Assembly: GCA_023511915.1 (NCBI GenBank)
Contig: JAIMAN010000005.1
Location: 8,465 to 72,464, forward strand
DNA length: 64,000 nt
Reading direction: 5' to 3'
DNA from: Armatimonadota bacterium
Lineage (GTDB): Bacteria > Armatimonadota > Fimbriimonadia > Fimbriimonadales > GBS-DC
This document shows positions 27,951-36,844 of the stretch, one piece after another. Below the pieces are notes generated by a model, which saw nothing but the letters and a program-made list of their open reading frames with translations, was not told the DNA's origin and ran no database searches. The stretch's first letter is position 1. Every line of letters starts with the position of its first letter. The translations under genes and the position numbers were made by a program.

Positions 27951-29399
27951 TCAATACTCGCGATACTGCATTTGAAACAGCAGCAGCGCGACGCCGTGCG
28001 CGTGCAGCCCGCTTACGGGGCGGAAGTAGACCGCGTCCTCGCCTTCCAGGTAGCCGAACAGCGCGTCCCACGGGTGGCGCAACAGCGCCTCTTCAGGCAG
28101 CCACGGCTTGGGCATTTGGGGCGGGACATAGTTCTCCAGCAACTCATGGGCTTGCGGTGAAGACACCAAGCTCCACGATACTTCGCGAGGCGTTTGCGGG
28201 CGGTCTTGAGGCGTCAGCACTGCCAGTGGCACAAGCCGTCCCTGTGCGTCTGCCAGCCACGCTTGCCCATCCTGCCACGCGATGGCGTGATAGCGCACTA
28301 TGCAGGGCATCTCGCGCGGGGCAAACGGGTCGAGCCGCTGCTGGATGTAGCGTTCCAGCAGGGGCTGCCACTCGGTGTGGGCGTGCTGAAGCGCCTGCGC
28401 CGTTAGTGCGCCGCGCGGCTCGTTCAGCGGCTGCGCGTCGTAAATCTTGACGCGCTTGGGCGCGTAGCCAGGGTAGACCCCCACGCGCGTCGCCAGAAAC
28501 GGCGCGGGACGGCGCGGTTTGAACGCCTGCGCCTCGCGCCCGCCTGTGTGCAGTGGGGCAATCTTCATCTCGCGCAGCAACTCGCCCGAATCGAGGTCAA
28601 TCAGCGTGCTGATGTCCAGTCGGAAGCCCGTCGCCAGCTTGATGTTCTCGTAGGCAAGCTCCATCAGGCGCAGGTTCTCGCGGATGGCGAAGTCCTTGTC
28701 GCGCCAAGTGCGCCCAAGCATCTCTTCCAGTTGCTCTTCGGGCAGGGGGCGTCGCTCGGCGAAATGCTCCTCGATGGCGCGCGCCGTGACCCACAAGTCC
28801 AGAAAGGCGCGGGTGTAGTCCTGCTCGGAGAGGGGGTTCTCGCGCGAGGCTTCGATCAGGCGCACGAGGTTGCGGATGCGCTGTTGCAGGCGGCGGGTCT
28901 TGAGGGACGCGAGATTCTCTGCGCTGTCGAGCAGTTGCTTGAGGAACGCTTCCTGCACGCCCGTTGCGCCGCGTTCGGCGAGTTCTTGGGCGAGGCGGAG
29001 CGTCTGCTCGAGGGCTTGCGTCTGCAGGTCAGCGCGTTCGGCGGTCGCTTTGGCGGCGCGTTTGCCCCCGCGTTTGGGCGCGGCGGGCGGGGTCTCCACC
29101 AGCGTCTGCTGCCCGTAGGCGAACCGTTCAGGCGACTGCGCCCACACAATCAGCACGGCAATCGCGTGCTTGCAGAACTTGTTGAAGCGTGCGGCGGGGC
29201 AGGTGCATTTCGCGCTCGGCGCGCCGTCCTTGAACTCGATGCGCACCGTGTAGGGCTTGGAGCCTTGCACCTGCGCGTACAGCGTCGTGTCCGAGCGCGC
29301 CAAGTGCAGCAACTGGTCGCCTGCCGCAATCTGCTCGGCGTTGCGGTAGGTCGCCATATCGCACAGCGCGCGCACCTCGTCCAGCGTCATCGGCGTCAT
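27951..29399 (-). CDS. SWIM zinc-finger protein (YehQ-like)
   Basis: VQGSKPYTV..CTCP....FCKH. Confidence 0.8.
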   Translation of the reverse strand: MTPMTLDEVRALCDMATYRNAEQIAAGDQLLHLARSDTTLYAQVQGSKPYTVRIEFKDGAPSAKCTCPAARFNKFCKHAIAVLIVWAQSPERFAYGQQTLVETPPAAPKRGGKRAAKATAERADLQTQALEQTLRLAQELAERGATGVQEAFLKQLLDSAENLASLKTRRLQQRIRNLVRLIEASRENPLSEQDYTRAFLDLWVTARAIEEHFAERRPLPEEQLEEMLGRTWRDKDFAIRENLRLMELAYENIKLATGFRLDISTLIDLDSGELLREMKIAPLHTGGREAQAFKPRRPAPFLATRVGVYPGYAPKRVKIYDAQPLNEPRGALTAQALQHAHTEWQPLLERYIQQRLDPFAPREMPCIVRYHAIAWQDGQAWLADAQGRLVPLAVLTPQDRPQTPREVSWSLVSSPQAHELLENYVPPQMPKPWLPEEALLRHPWDALFGYLEGEDAVYFRPVSGLHAHGVALLLFQMQYREY

Positions 29400-30572
29400 T
29401 CAGCGGCGCACCCCCTTCAGAATCTGCTCCATCAGTTCCAGCAGTTTGTTGGGCGTGGCGGCGACGGTCGGGATGTCGAGCGCGGCGACCTGTCGCGCCA
29501 GCGTCTTGTGGTACACAGGCTTGTCGTCCTCCAGCGCGAGCAGGCACAGCACCTGTACCTTGCTCTCGCGCAGGGCGCGCAGGCGCGTCAGCAGCGCGGC
29601 TTCGTCGCCCCCCTCATAAAGGTCGGTAATCAGCACGAAGATGCACTTTTCGGGGCGCTTGACCAGATTCGCGCCGTAGGCAACCGCCTGCGCGATGTCC
29701 GTGCCTCCGCCCAACTGCAGGCTGAACAGCAACTCCACAGGGTCGCCGCTCAGGTACGGCGTCAAGTCCACGATGCTGGTGTCGAACACCACCAAGTGCG
29801 TCTCCAGCACCTGCAGCGAGGCGAAGATGCACGCCATCAGGCTCGCGTAAATCGCCGAGTTCGCCATGCTGCTGCTCTGGTCAACGAGAATGATAATCTG
29901 CCAGTCGCGGTAGCGCTTCTCGTTCGCCCAGAAGTAGAGCCGTTCGGGGATAATCGTCTTGCGTTCGGGCAGGTAGTTCTTGAGGTTGCTTTTGAGGGTG
30001 CGTCGCCAGTCGAGGTTGCGTGCGCTGCGGATGGGCGAGTAGCGGTTGCGTTGCAGCGCGCCGATGACGGTCTGCACGATTTGCGTCTCCAGTTTGCGGC
30101 GCAGTTCGTCGACCACTTGGCGAATCAGGTCGCGGGCGGTTTGTTTCACCTCGTCGGGGATCTGCTCCTTGAAGCTCAGGATGGTTGCGGCAAGGCGCAC
30201 ATCGGGTTGCAAGCGCGGCGCGATTTCGGGCTGCAGCAGTAGTTCCGCCAGCCCTGTGCGCTCGAAGGCGTCGCGCTGCACCATCGCCAGCGTGGACTGG
30301 TTGAACAGCGCACGCATCTGCTCCAGCCACTGGGGGACATACGGCGCGGAGTCGCCCGTGCCGCCGAGGCGTTCGTTGCTGTCGTACACGAAGCTCAGCG
30401 CGCGATCCAGCGCGGTCAGCCCCATCCCTGCGGGTAGGGCGCGTTGCAGGGGGGCGTCGCCCGATTCACTCGGCTCGTCCTTGCCCCCAAGGCGGAACGC
30501 GGGGTTCGCCTGCTCCGCCCGCTGCCCCAGAATCAGCCGCCAGCGCGTCAGCGCGTCGTCGTGTGTGGACAT
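29400..30572 (-). CDS. VWA/CoxE-like protein (YehP-like)
   Basis: RWRLILG N-terminus, DWRRT, LVDQSSSM, QLGGGTDI, LITDLYEG. Confidence 0.85.
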   Translation of the reverse strand: MSTHDDALTRWRLILGQRAEQANPAFRLGGKDEPSESGDAPLQRALPAGMGLTALDRALSFVYDSNERLGGTGDSAPYVPQWLEQMRALFNQSTLAMVQRDAFERTGLAELLLQPEIAPRLQPDVRLAATILSFKEQIPDEVKQTARDLIRQVVDELRRKLETQIVQTVIGALQRNRYSPIRSARNLDWRRTLKSNLKNYLPERKTIIPERLYFWANEKRYRDWQIIILVDQSSSMANSAIYASLMACIFASLQVLETHLVVFDTSIVDLTPYLSGDPVELLFSLQLGGGTDIAQAVAYGANLVKRPEKCIFVLITDLYEGGDEAALLTRLRALRESKVQVLCLLALEDDKPVYHKTLARQVAALDIPTVAATPNKLLELMEQILKGVRR

Positions 30573-30722
30573 GTGAGAGGAGTATACCTGCTATCGTTTT
30601 TGATCGCGTTCGATGCACTCTAAAGCGCACCTGCGGGGATAACGGAGGCGGCGTCCAACGATTTTGTGTGGGCATCCCAGCGCGCTAACACAACTTTCCT
30701 CTCGGCACGGCGCGCGGGGGCG

Positions 30723-31667
30723 TCATAGACCAGAATATCTGTGCGACCAAAGACCTGGATAAGTGCCCTCAGTCTTCTGTAGGATGAGGATGAATTCGTG
30801 AACCTTATTCACGCGGAACACTGCGGGATAGCCTAACGGACGCAAGTTGTTATACTCATGACGCCGATCCCAGATAATCAGGTCGTCATAGATGAAGCCA
30901 ATTTCCTCAAGGCTGTTGGCTAAATCGCTGTGGAAGGGGTAGAAGCGACTCTTTTTGCGAATGTCCATGACTACAACGCAGCAGTAAGCGTCAGGCTTCA
31001 TCACGGCGTGAACTTTTCGGAAGATTGATTGTAGCGCGCCGAGAAACAGACGATAATCGCGGATTTTGCCAAGGTCTTTCTCTTCGTCGCCGTAGTGGCG
31101 TATCGGTTTGTAGTCCGCCGTGCGCTTTTCGAGCAGGATGTCCCAGTAGGGCGGCGAGGTGACAACAAGATCGACGCTCTCAGGGGCGACAAATTGGTCA
31201 ATATCATTCGCGTCGGCTACATAGACGCGGCTCGTTGTGGCGCAAGAGTCGTCTGCCCACTCCTGTTCAAGGGTGAGGGTATTCAAGCGTTGCTCAGCGA
31301 TTTGCGCGTATTCGGGGTTCAGTTCAACGCCTATGCCGTGCCTGCCCAACCGTTTCGCTGCCAGCAGAGTGCTGCCTACACCCATAAACGGATCCAGCAC
31401 GGTCATTCCCCTGCGCGTGAAGCATTCAATCAGGCGTGCGGGCAGCGCCATCGGGAACATCGCAGGATGCTTCAGCGCCGCTTCTTCGGGGGTCTTGCGC
31501 AGGTCGCTCCAAATAGAGATCGAGTAGCGCGTCCAAGTCGCCCCGTCGAGGTCATTCGCGCGTTTCGTCGCGTACAGTGTGGAGGCTTCCGCGACCTGCT
31601 CTGCGTACAGCGGTTCAAGGTCTGCGGGCACAAGCGTCTCCTCCAGAGGGTACAGAGAGTCTTGCAT
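30723..31667 (-). CDS. Orphan N4/N6 DNA methyltransferase with permuted motif order
   Basis: HPAMFP, then VLDPFMGVGST (motif I), then TSPPYW (motif IV), IIWD, HEFILI; lower GC than flanks. Confidence 0.88.
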   Translation of the reverse strand: MQDSLYPLEETLVPADLEPLYAEQVAEASTLYATKRANDLDGATWTRYSISIWSDLRKTPEEAALKHPAMFPMALPARLIECFTRRGMTVLDPFMGVGSTLLAAKRLGRHGIGVELNPEYAQIAEQRLNTLTLEQEWADDSCATTSRVYVADANDIDQFVAPESVDLVVTSPPYWDILLEKRTADYKPIRHYGDEEKDLGKIRDYRLFLGALQSIFRKVHAVMKPDAYCCVVVMDIRKKSRFYPFHSDLANSLEEIGFIYDDLIIWDRRHEYNNLRPLGYPAVFRVNKVHEFILILQKTEGTYPGLWSHRYSGL

Positions 31668-31701
31668 AGAGTTGATTATACCTGCACACGGAAGGGGGAT
31701 G

Positions 31702-32430
31702 TCAGTACGCTCCTGTCTCGTTGGGCAGCAGGAGGTGCAGCCGAATGTCGCGGCTGCCCAGCATGCGCTCGTGTTGGCGCGGCTTTTGGCGCACCCGCGC
31801 GATGACCACCTGCGCGCGGTAGGCGGTGAGTTTGCCCTTCTGCACCAGCGCCCACGCATCCTCGTCGACGCCGATCCCGACGAGGCTTGGATGCTCCAGT
31901 AGGGCGCACAGCAGGCGCGGCAGCCGCTGCCGCTTGAGGAAGTGCTGGTCGACGATAGCGTTCGGCAGTACGCCGATTGCGGGCGCGGTGGGGCTTGCGC
32001 CGACTTTGAGGTCGCCGTCGGGCGCGTGGTCGCCTGTGGGCATGCGCGCGCCCATCAGCGACGCGCCCGCGCTCGTGCCGCCCACCACCCCGCCCCGCGC
32101 CACGACGCCCCGAATCGCTTCCAGCAACGCCGTCGCACTGCCCAACCGCTCCGTGAAGCGGTTCTGGTCGCCGCCGGGGATCCAAACGCCCCGCGCCGAC
32201 TGCACCAGCGCAACCAGTTCGCCCGCGTCCAGCGTATCGGGCGCGACGACATCCTGTGCGCCGTTCTCGGCGAAAAACGCGGCGGATCGCTGCCCGCCCC
32301 GCGCGACATCCGCCTGCGTATGCGCCAAGATGACAATCCGCGCGTTCGCGCCGCCCGCCAGCCGCAGCATCGTCTGGGGCACTTCGGGCGGTGTGCTGCC
32401 CCCGCCCGCCACGATGACCGCGCCGCTCAT
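31702..32430 (-). CDS. Cyanophycinase-like peptidase S51
   Basis: IPGGDQ, GGTSAGA, VDQHF..RQR, GIGVDED. Confidence 0.82.
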   Translation of the reverse strand: MSGAVIVAGGGSTPPEVPQTMLRLAGGANARIVILAHTQADVARGGQRSAAFFAENGAQDVVAPDTLDAGELVALVQSARGVWIPGGDQNRFTERLGSATALLEAIRGVVARGGVVGGTSAGASLMGARMPTGDHAPDGDLKVGASPTAPAIGVLPNAIVDQHFLKRQRLPRLLCALLEHPSLVGIGVDEDAWALVQKGKLTAYRAQVVIARVRQKPRQHERMLGSRDIRLHLLLPNETGAY

Positions 32431-33158
32431 AGCCACTCCAGCAACGGGCGCAGGTCGCGCAGGTCGGGCACGCCGCTGGCAGGGTCGGGGTGCGGCTCGC
32501 CCTCGCGGTTCACCCACGCCGCGCGCCAGCCCACATTCCGCGCGCCCTGCACATCGTGCGCCCACGAGTTGCCCACAAACAGAATCTGCTCGCTGGGCAG
32601 CCCCAGTTCGCGCTGCACCCCCTCGAAAATCGGCGCGTGCGGCTTGCCGACGCCTACCTCGCCCTCAATCGCAACGATATCGAGCAGCCCCTCCAGCCCC
32701 AGCACCTGCAACTCGCGCCGCTGCTCGTAGGCGGGACCGTTCGTGATGACAAACAGCGGGTAGCGTCCCCGCAGCGCGTGCAGTACCTCCAGCGTCTCCG
32801 CGTGCAGGTGGAGCATCTGCTCGCGCAGGGCGGCGTACTCCTCGCTGATGCGCTCCGCCAGCCCGTCGGCGTCGAGGTTCAGGCTTCGTAGCAGGCGGCG
32901 GAAGGTCTCCGTGCGCGTCGCGCGCCCCTCTCGCAGATACAGCGGATACCACCGCTCCGTGTGCAGTTCCTCCAGCACGCTGTGGAACGCCCGCTTGTAG
33001 TGCTGATCGAGTGTCTCAATCGGCAGTCCCGTCTGGGGCGCGAGGTAGCGCTCCATCATCGCCCGACGCGCCTGCACCGCAACGGGCATGTAGACGCACA
33101 GCGTGTCGTCCAAGTCGAAGCCGACCGCCCGCACCTGACCGAAGGGCGTCTCTCTCAT
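32427..33158 (-). CDS. HAD superfamily hydrolase
   Basis: FDLDDTL, ITNG, KP, VGNSWAHDVQGA. Confidence 0.88.
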   Translation of the reverse strand: MRETPFGQVRAVGFDLDDTLCVYMPVAVQARRAMMERYLAPQTGLPIETLDQHYKRAFHSVLEELHTERWYPLYLREGRATRTETFRRLLRSLNLDADGLAERISEEYAALREQMLHLHAETLEVLHALRGRYPLFVITNGPAYEQRRELQVLGLEGLLDIVAIEGEVGVGKPHAPIFEGVQRELGLPSEQILFVGNSWAHDVQGARNVGWRAAWVNREGEPHPDPASGVPDLRDLRPLLEWL

Positions 33159-33871
33159 GGCGATAGCACCCGCGCGAGGGGCGTCTGCCCGCCGTAGACC
33201 TGCGCGCCCGTGTGCGTGAGAATCTCCACCGCCCGCGAGAAGATTACAAGGTCTACCTGACTGCCGCGCTCGATGAACGAGAGTTTCTGCGCAGGCTTGA
33301 CGCACTGCCCCTCGTGCACATAGGTCGTGATTTTGTTGACGAACTTGTCGGCGATTTCCACCATCGCGAGGCGCACCTGCTCGCCCTCGATAAAAATCGT
33401 CTGCCGCTCGTTCTGCAGGTGATACCGTTTGCCCAGCAGGTCAACCGCGCGGCGCAGCCACGCCATGCTCACATACTCCCACAAGTCCACCATCGGCAGG
33501 TTGGCGCGGGCGGGCGTGTAGACGATGCGCCGTATCGTGCCCGCAATCGGCGCGTAGTTGTAATGCACATCGAGCGGACTCATGTAGACGCCAATCAGCC
33601 AGCCTTCGGGCGCGACACCTTCCCAGTCGGCGCGGGTGATTTCGGTGATGGGGATGGCGCGCCCCAGTTTCTCGGCGAAGACCGTGCCGTCCGCGCTGAC
33701 GGGGCGGATGTAGACCACCTTGCCGTCGCACGGCGCGAGGATCAGGTTCGGGTCGGGCGGCGGGATGCGCAACGGGTCGCGGTAGAACCACACCTTGCGC
33801 AGAAACCAGTTCGCGCCCGCGACCGCCGCGCCGACGCCTGCGGCCACTTTCAGCCATGCTGGGATACGCAC
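33155..33871 (-). CDS. psd: Phosphatidylserine decarboxylase family proenzyme
   Basis: FYRDP, APCDGKV, YMSPLDVHYN, NER, RGSQVD self-cleavage motif. Confidence 0.85.
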   Translation of the reverse strand: MRIPAWLKVAAGVGAAVAGANWFLRKVWFYRDPLRIPPPDPNLILAPCDGKVVYIRPVSADGTVFAEKLGRAIPITEITRADWEGVAPEGWLIGVYMSPLDVHYNYAPIAGTIRRIVYTPARANLPMVDLWEYVSMAWLRRAVDLLGKRYHLQNERQTIFIEGEQVRLAMVEIADKFVNKITTYVHEGQCVKPAQKLSFIERGSQVDLVIFSRAVEILTHTGAQVYGGQTPLARVLSP

Positions 33872-33894
33872 GCGGTATAGTGTACCCGTTGTGA

Positions 33895-33921
33895 ACAGGA
33901 ACCCGCCCCCGCGCGTCGAAC
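33895..33921 (+). promoter_or_regulatory. Sigma-H-like promoter (ACAGGAA-N16-GAAC)
   Basis: Recurrent motif. Confidence 0.45.
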
Positions 33922-33931
33922 CATGCCTGTG

Positions 33932-35200
33932 ATGAGACCAAGCCTTGTGTTATGCATCGGGCTGTTGGCGGTCGCTGCGGCGTGTGCGCAGGAGTCGCTG
34001 AGTCTGGACGACGCGCTGCGCTTGGCGTTGCAGAACAACGGGCTGGCGCGCGCCGCGCTCGCCGAGACCGACGCCGCCGACGCCCGCCTCGCCGCCGCAC
34101 GCGCGAACCTGTACCCCAGCATCGACCTCAGCAGCAGCACGACCCGCACGCGCATCGAAGGCGGGGGCGCAACCGCCGACACGACCCAGCGCCAGAACGG
34201 CTTCGGGCTGGAGTGGCTGCTGCTGGACAACGGGCAGCGCGAGGTGCGCATCCGCCAGAGTTCGCGCACCGCACAAGCCACGCGCCAAAACACGCGCGAG
34301 ACTCTGCGCCGCGTGCTGTTCCAGACCGCACGCGCCTACTACGAGGTACTGCGCCGCAAGGAGTTGCTGCAGGTCGCCGACACTGCCGTGCGCCGCGCTG
34401 AGACGCTGCTGGAGGTCGCCAAAGCGCAGGCGGAGGTCGGCGCCGCGCCCCAGAAAGATGTGCTGCAAGCCGAAGCCGACCTTGCCAACGCCCGCGTGCA
34501 GCAGATTCAGGCGCGCAACGCCCTGCGCCTGGCGGAGACCGACCTCAAGCGGCTCATCGGCTGGGAGGCGCAGAAACCCCTGCCCGACCTGACCGCGCCC
34601 GACGCGCCGCCGACGCCCGACCCCGCGCTCAGCGTCGAGCAACTGTGGCAGCGCGCCCGCCTGCAACGCCCCGACCTGCGCGACGCCGAACTGCGCCTGC
34701 AGATCAGCCGACTGGGGCTGGACGCCGCGCGGCTCAACAGCCTGCTGCGCCTGCAAATCAGCGTGCGCGGCTTCCGCGAATATGAGCCGAATAGCCGCAC
34801 GCAAGGCAGCATCAGCATCATCGCCTCGTACCCGCTGTTCGACGGCGGGCTGACCCGCGCGAGCCTGCGCGAGGCGGAAGCGAGCCTGCAGAGTGCGCAG
34901 TTCCGCCTGCAGCAAGCCGAGCGCGACGCCTACGCCGAAGTGGAGAGCGCGCTGCTGAGCATACGCGAGGCGTCCGAGCGGCTGGAGGCGTCCCGGATCG
35001 CTGTCGCCGCCGCGCAGCGCAACTTTGACGCCGCGCAAGAGTCGCTGCGCGAGGGCGTCGGCACGATTGTGGAGGTGCTGACCGCGCAACTCGCGCTGAT
35101 TACCGCCGAGACGAACCTCGTGCAGGCGACCTACGACGCCGCCGTCGCCGAACTGCAACTGCGCCTCGCTACGGGCGAGCGGCTGCCTGTGGAGCCATGA
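33932..35200 (+). CDS. TolC family outer-membrane efflux protein
   Basis: Signal peptide, LSLDDALRLALQNN, RPDL, YPLFDGG, GVGTIVEVLTAQ. Confidence 0.88.
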   Translation: MRPSLVLCIGLLAVAAACAQESLSLDDALRLALQNNGLARAALAETDAADARLAAARANLYPSIDLSSSTTRTRIEGGGATADTTQRQNGFGLEWLLLDNGQREVRIRQSSRTAQATRQNTRETLRRVLFQTARAYYEVLRRKELLQVADTAVRRAETLLEVAKAQAEVGAAPQKDVLQAEADLANARVQQIQARNALRLAETDLKRLIGWEAQKPLPDLTAPDAPPTPDPALSVEQLWQRARLQRPDLRDAELRLQISRLGLDAARLNSLLRLQISVRGFREYEPNSRTQGSISIIASYPLFDGGLTRASLREAEASLQSAQFRLQQAERDAYAEVESALLSIREASERLEASRIAVAAAQRNFDAAQESLREGVGTIVEVLTAQLALITAETNLVQATYDAAVAELQLRLATGERLPVEP

Positions 35201-35203
35201 CGG

Positions 35204-35232
35204 GGAACTTTTCGGGACTGTGCGCTGTCCAA
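35204..35232 (+). promoter_or_regulatory. ECF (sigma-E type) promoter
   Basis: GGAACTT-N16-GTCCAA upstream of the 35270 gene. Confidence 0.5.
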
Positions 35233-35269
35233 AAACTGGTGTATAATACCGATTGAAGGAGGCACACTG

Positions 35270-36496
35270 ATGAGACGATTGCTGATTGTAGCAGGCGTGC
35301 TGGCGACTGTAGGTCAACTATTCGCGCAGGATAACTCGTGGAAACCGCTCGGCGGGTGGCGACTCATCGAGCGACTGGACGATGTGCAGGTGGTGAAGGT
35401 GCTGCGCGCCAGCGACCTTACGCTCGCGATTTTCCCGCCCAAGCCGACTTGGCAGCCTGATGACGGCGACTTTTTCCCCGCTTCCGATGTGCTGCTGTAC
35501 CGACGCATGCCCACCTCCACAGGACAGCAGCAATACTACGCCTACGAGAGCTACAACATCGTGCTGGACGATGCGAACATTCGGCGCGTGTACGACCCTG
35601 CAGGCGTGGGGCGGTTCCGCATCGGGCGCGTGGAGATTGCGGTTTACTTTCCGTTCGCTGGATTCTATAGGATTCAGGGCTTTTGGACAGGTTCTGACGA
35701 CGACCTGCCGCCCTTCCCGACCAGCGATCCGCCGAATACCTTTCTGCGCAGCAATCAGGGACCACACACCCTGTTTGTGCCGCAGGCGGGTGTATGGCGG
35801 CTTGCCACGGATACGGATGCCGACCAGTTCAACGAGGTGTTCACCGTGCAGTGTGGTGTGCTGGATGCTTCGCTCGACCCCCAGCAGCGATTCAATTGTT
35901 ATGTGGGGATTCAAGTGGAGCCGCCAGGCGCGTGGGTGTGCGGCGCCCTTCCAGGTACAGACCTGAATCTGAACTACTTCCTCGAGCACGACAGCAGTGG
36001 CTACGAAGCGTACCAGTTGCAAGGCGGCATACCTGCGACCTTCGCGCTACAGTTGGGCGGCAACGCGACGCCGTCGCTGTACGGCAGGATCACGATAGCA
36101 GGCTACACGGGTAGCTTGGAGGGCAAGGTCGCCACTATCCGCGTGAAGCAGGGAACCCAGACCCGCACCTACACCGCGACGCTTGCCGCCAACGGGCAAT
36201 ATAGCGTGCCCATCGATCTGTCGGGCAACATCGAGGTGCTGGCGCAGGTCGCACCAGGATTGGCGCGGAAGGTCAACCTCAGCAATGTGTCGGGTCCCGT
36301 GCAGCAGAACTTTCTCGATCTCACCAACGGCGATGTGAACGGCGATAATGTGGTCGACGACGCCGACCTGCTGCAGGTGCTGTTCAACTTCGGCGGTTCC
36401 GACTCCGCCAGCGATGTGAACGGCGACAGCACGGTGGATGACGCTGACCTGTTGATTGTGCTGTTCAACTTCGGCAGTGCAGGCGATAGCTTCTGA
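35270..36496 (+). CDS. Secreted protein with C-terminal dockerin-like Ca-binding repeats
   Basis: Signal peptide; GDVNGDNVVDDADLLQVLFNFG and SDVNGDSTVDDADLLIVLFNFG; AAGGAGG RBS. Confidence 0.82.
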   Translation: MRRLLIVAGVLATVGQLFAQDNSWKPLGGWRLIERLDDVQVVKVLRASDLTLAIFPPKPTWQPDDGDFFPASDVLLYRRMPTSTGQQQYYAYESYNIVLDDANIRRVYDPAGVGRFRIGRVEIAVYFPFAGFYRIQGFWTGSDDDLPPFPTSDPPNTFLRSNQGPHTLFVPQAGVWRLATDTDADQFNEVFTVQCGVLDASLDPQQRFNCYVGIQVEPPGAWVCGALPGTDLNLNYFLEHDSSGYEAYQLQGGIPATFALQLGGNATPSLYGRITIAGYTGSLEGKVATIRVKQGTQTRTYTATLAANGQYSVPIDLSGNIEVLAQVAPGLARKVNLSNVSGPVQQNFLDLTNGDVNGDNVVDDADLLQVLFNFGGSDSASDVNGDSTVDDADLLIVLFNFGSAGDSF

Positions 36497-36818
36497 CGCG
36501 CGGCGGGTCTACGCGCTGGTGCGCCAGATTCCGCACGGCAAGGTGATGAGCTACGGGCAGGTCGCATGCGCCTGCCCGCCGCTTACCCCACGCCAAGTGG
36601 GACGCCTGATGGCTGCCGCGCTGGACGACGACATCCCGTGGTGGCGCGTGGTGGGCAGCGACGGCAGCCTGCGCATCCACAAGCGCGACCCCATGCTCGC
36701 CCAGCTCCAACAATCGCTCCTGCAGCAGGAAGGCGTGCCCTTCACCCCCAACGGGCGCGTACCCATGACCCCCGAATATGTCGCCGAGCCTGCAACCTTC
36801 GAGGTACAATTGCGGTAG
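36477..36818 (+). CDS. Alkyltransferase-like (Atl/YbaZ) protein
   Basis: IPHGKVMSYGQVA, RQVG, PWWRVV (Trp replaces the catalytic Cys), LQQEGV; start uncertain. Confidence 0.82.
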   Translation: MQAIASDARRVYALVRQIPHGKVMSYGQVACACPPLTPRQVGRLMAAALDDDIPWWRVVGSDGSLRIHKRDPMLAQLQQSLLQQEGVPFTPNGRVPMTPEYVAEPATFEVQLR

Positions 36819-36844
36819 TATCATGGTGAGGAGGTCTTATCCGA

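Noticed and set aside
30466-30720. Small ORF or endonuclease remnant downstream of the permuted MTase
   Set aside because: Only a 69-aa ORF without nuclease motifs that overlaps the VWA gene start
31702-32430. Cyanophycin metabolism locus
   Set aside because: No cyanophycin synthetase nearby, and S51 peptidases also include other dipeptidases
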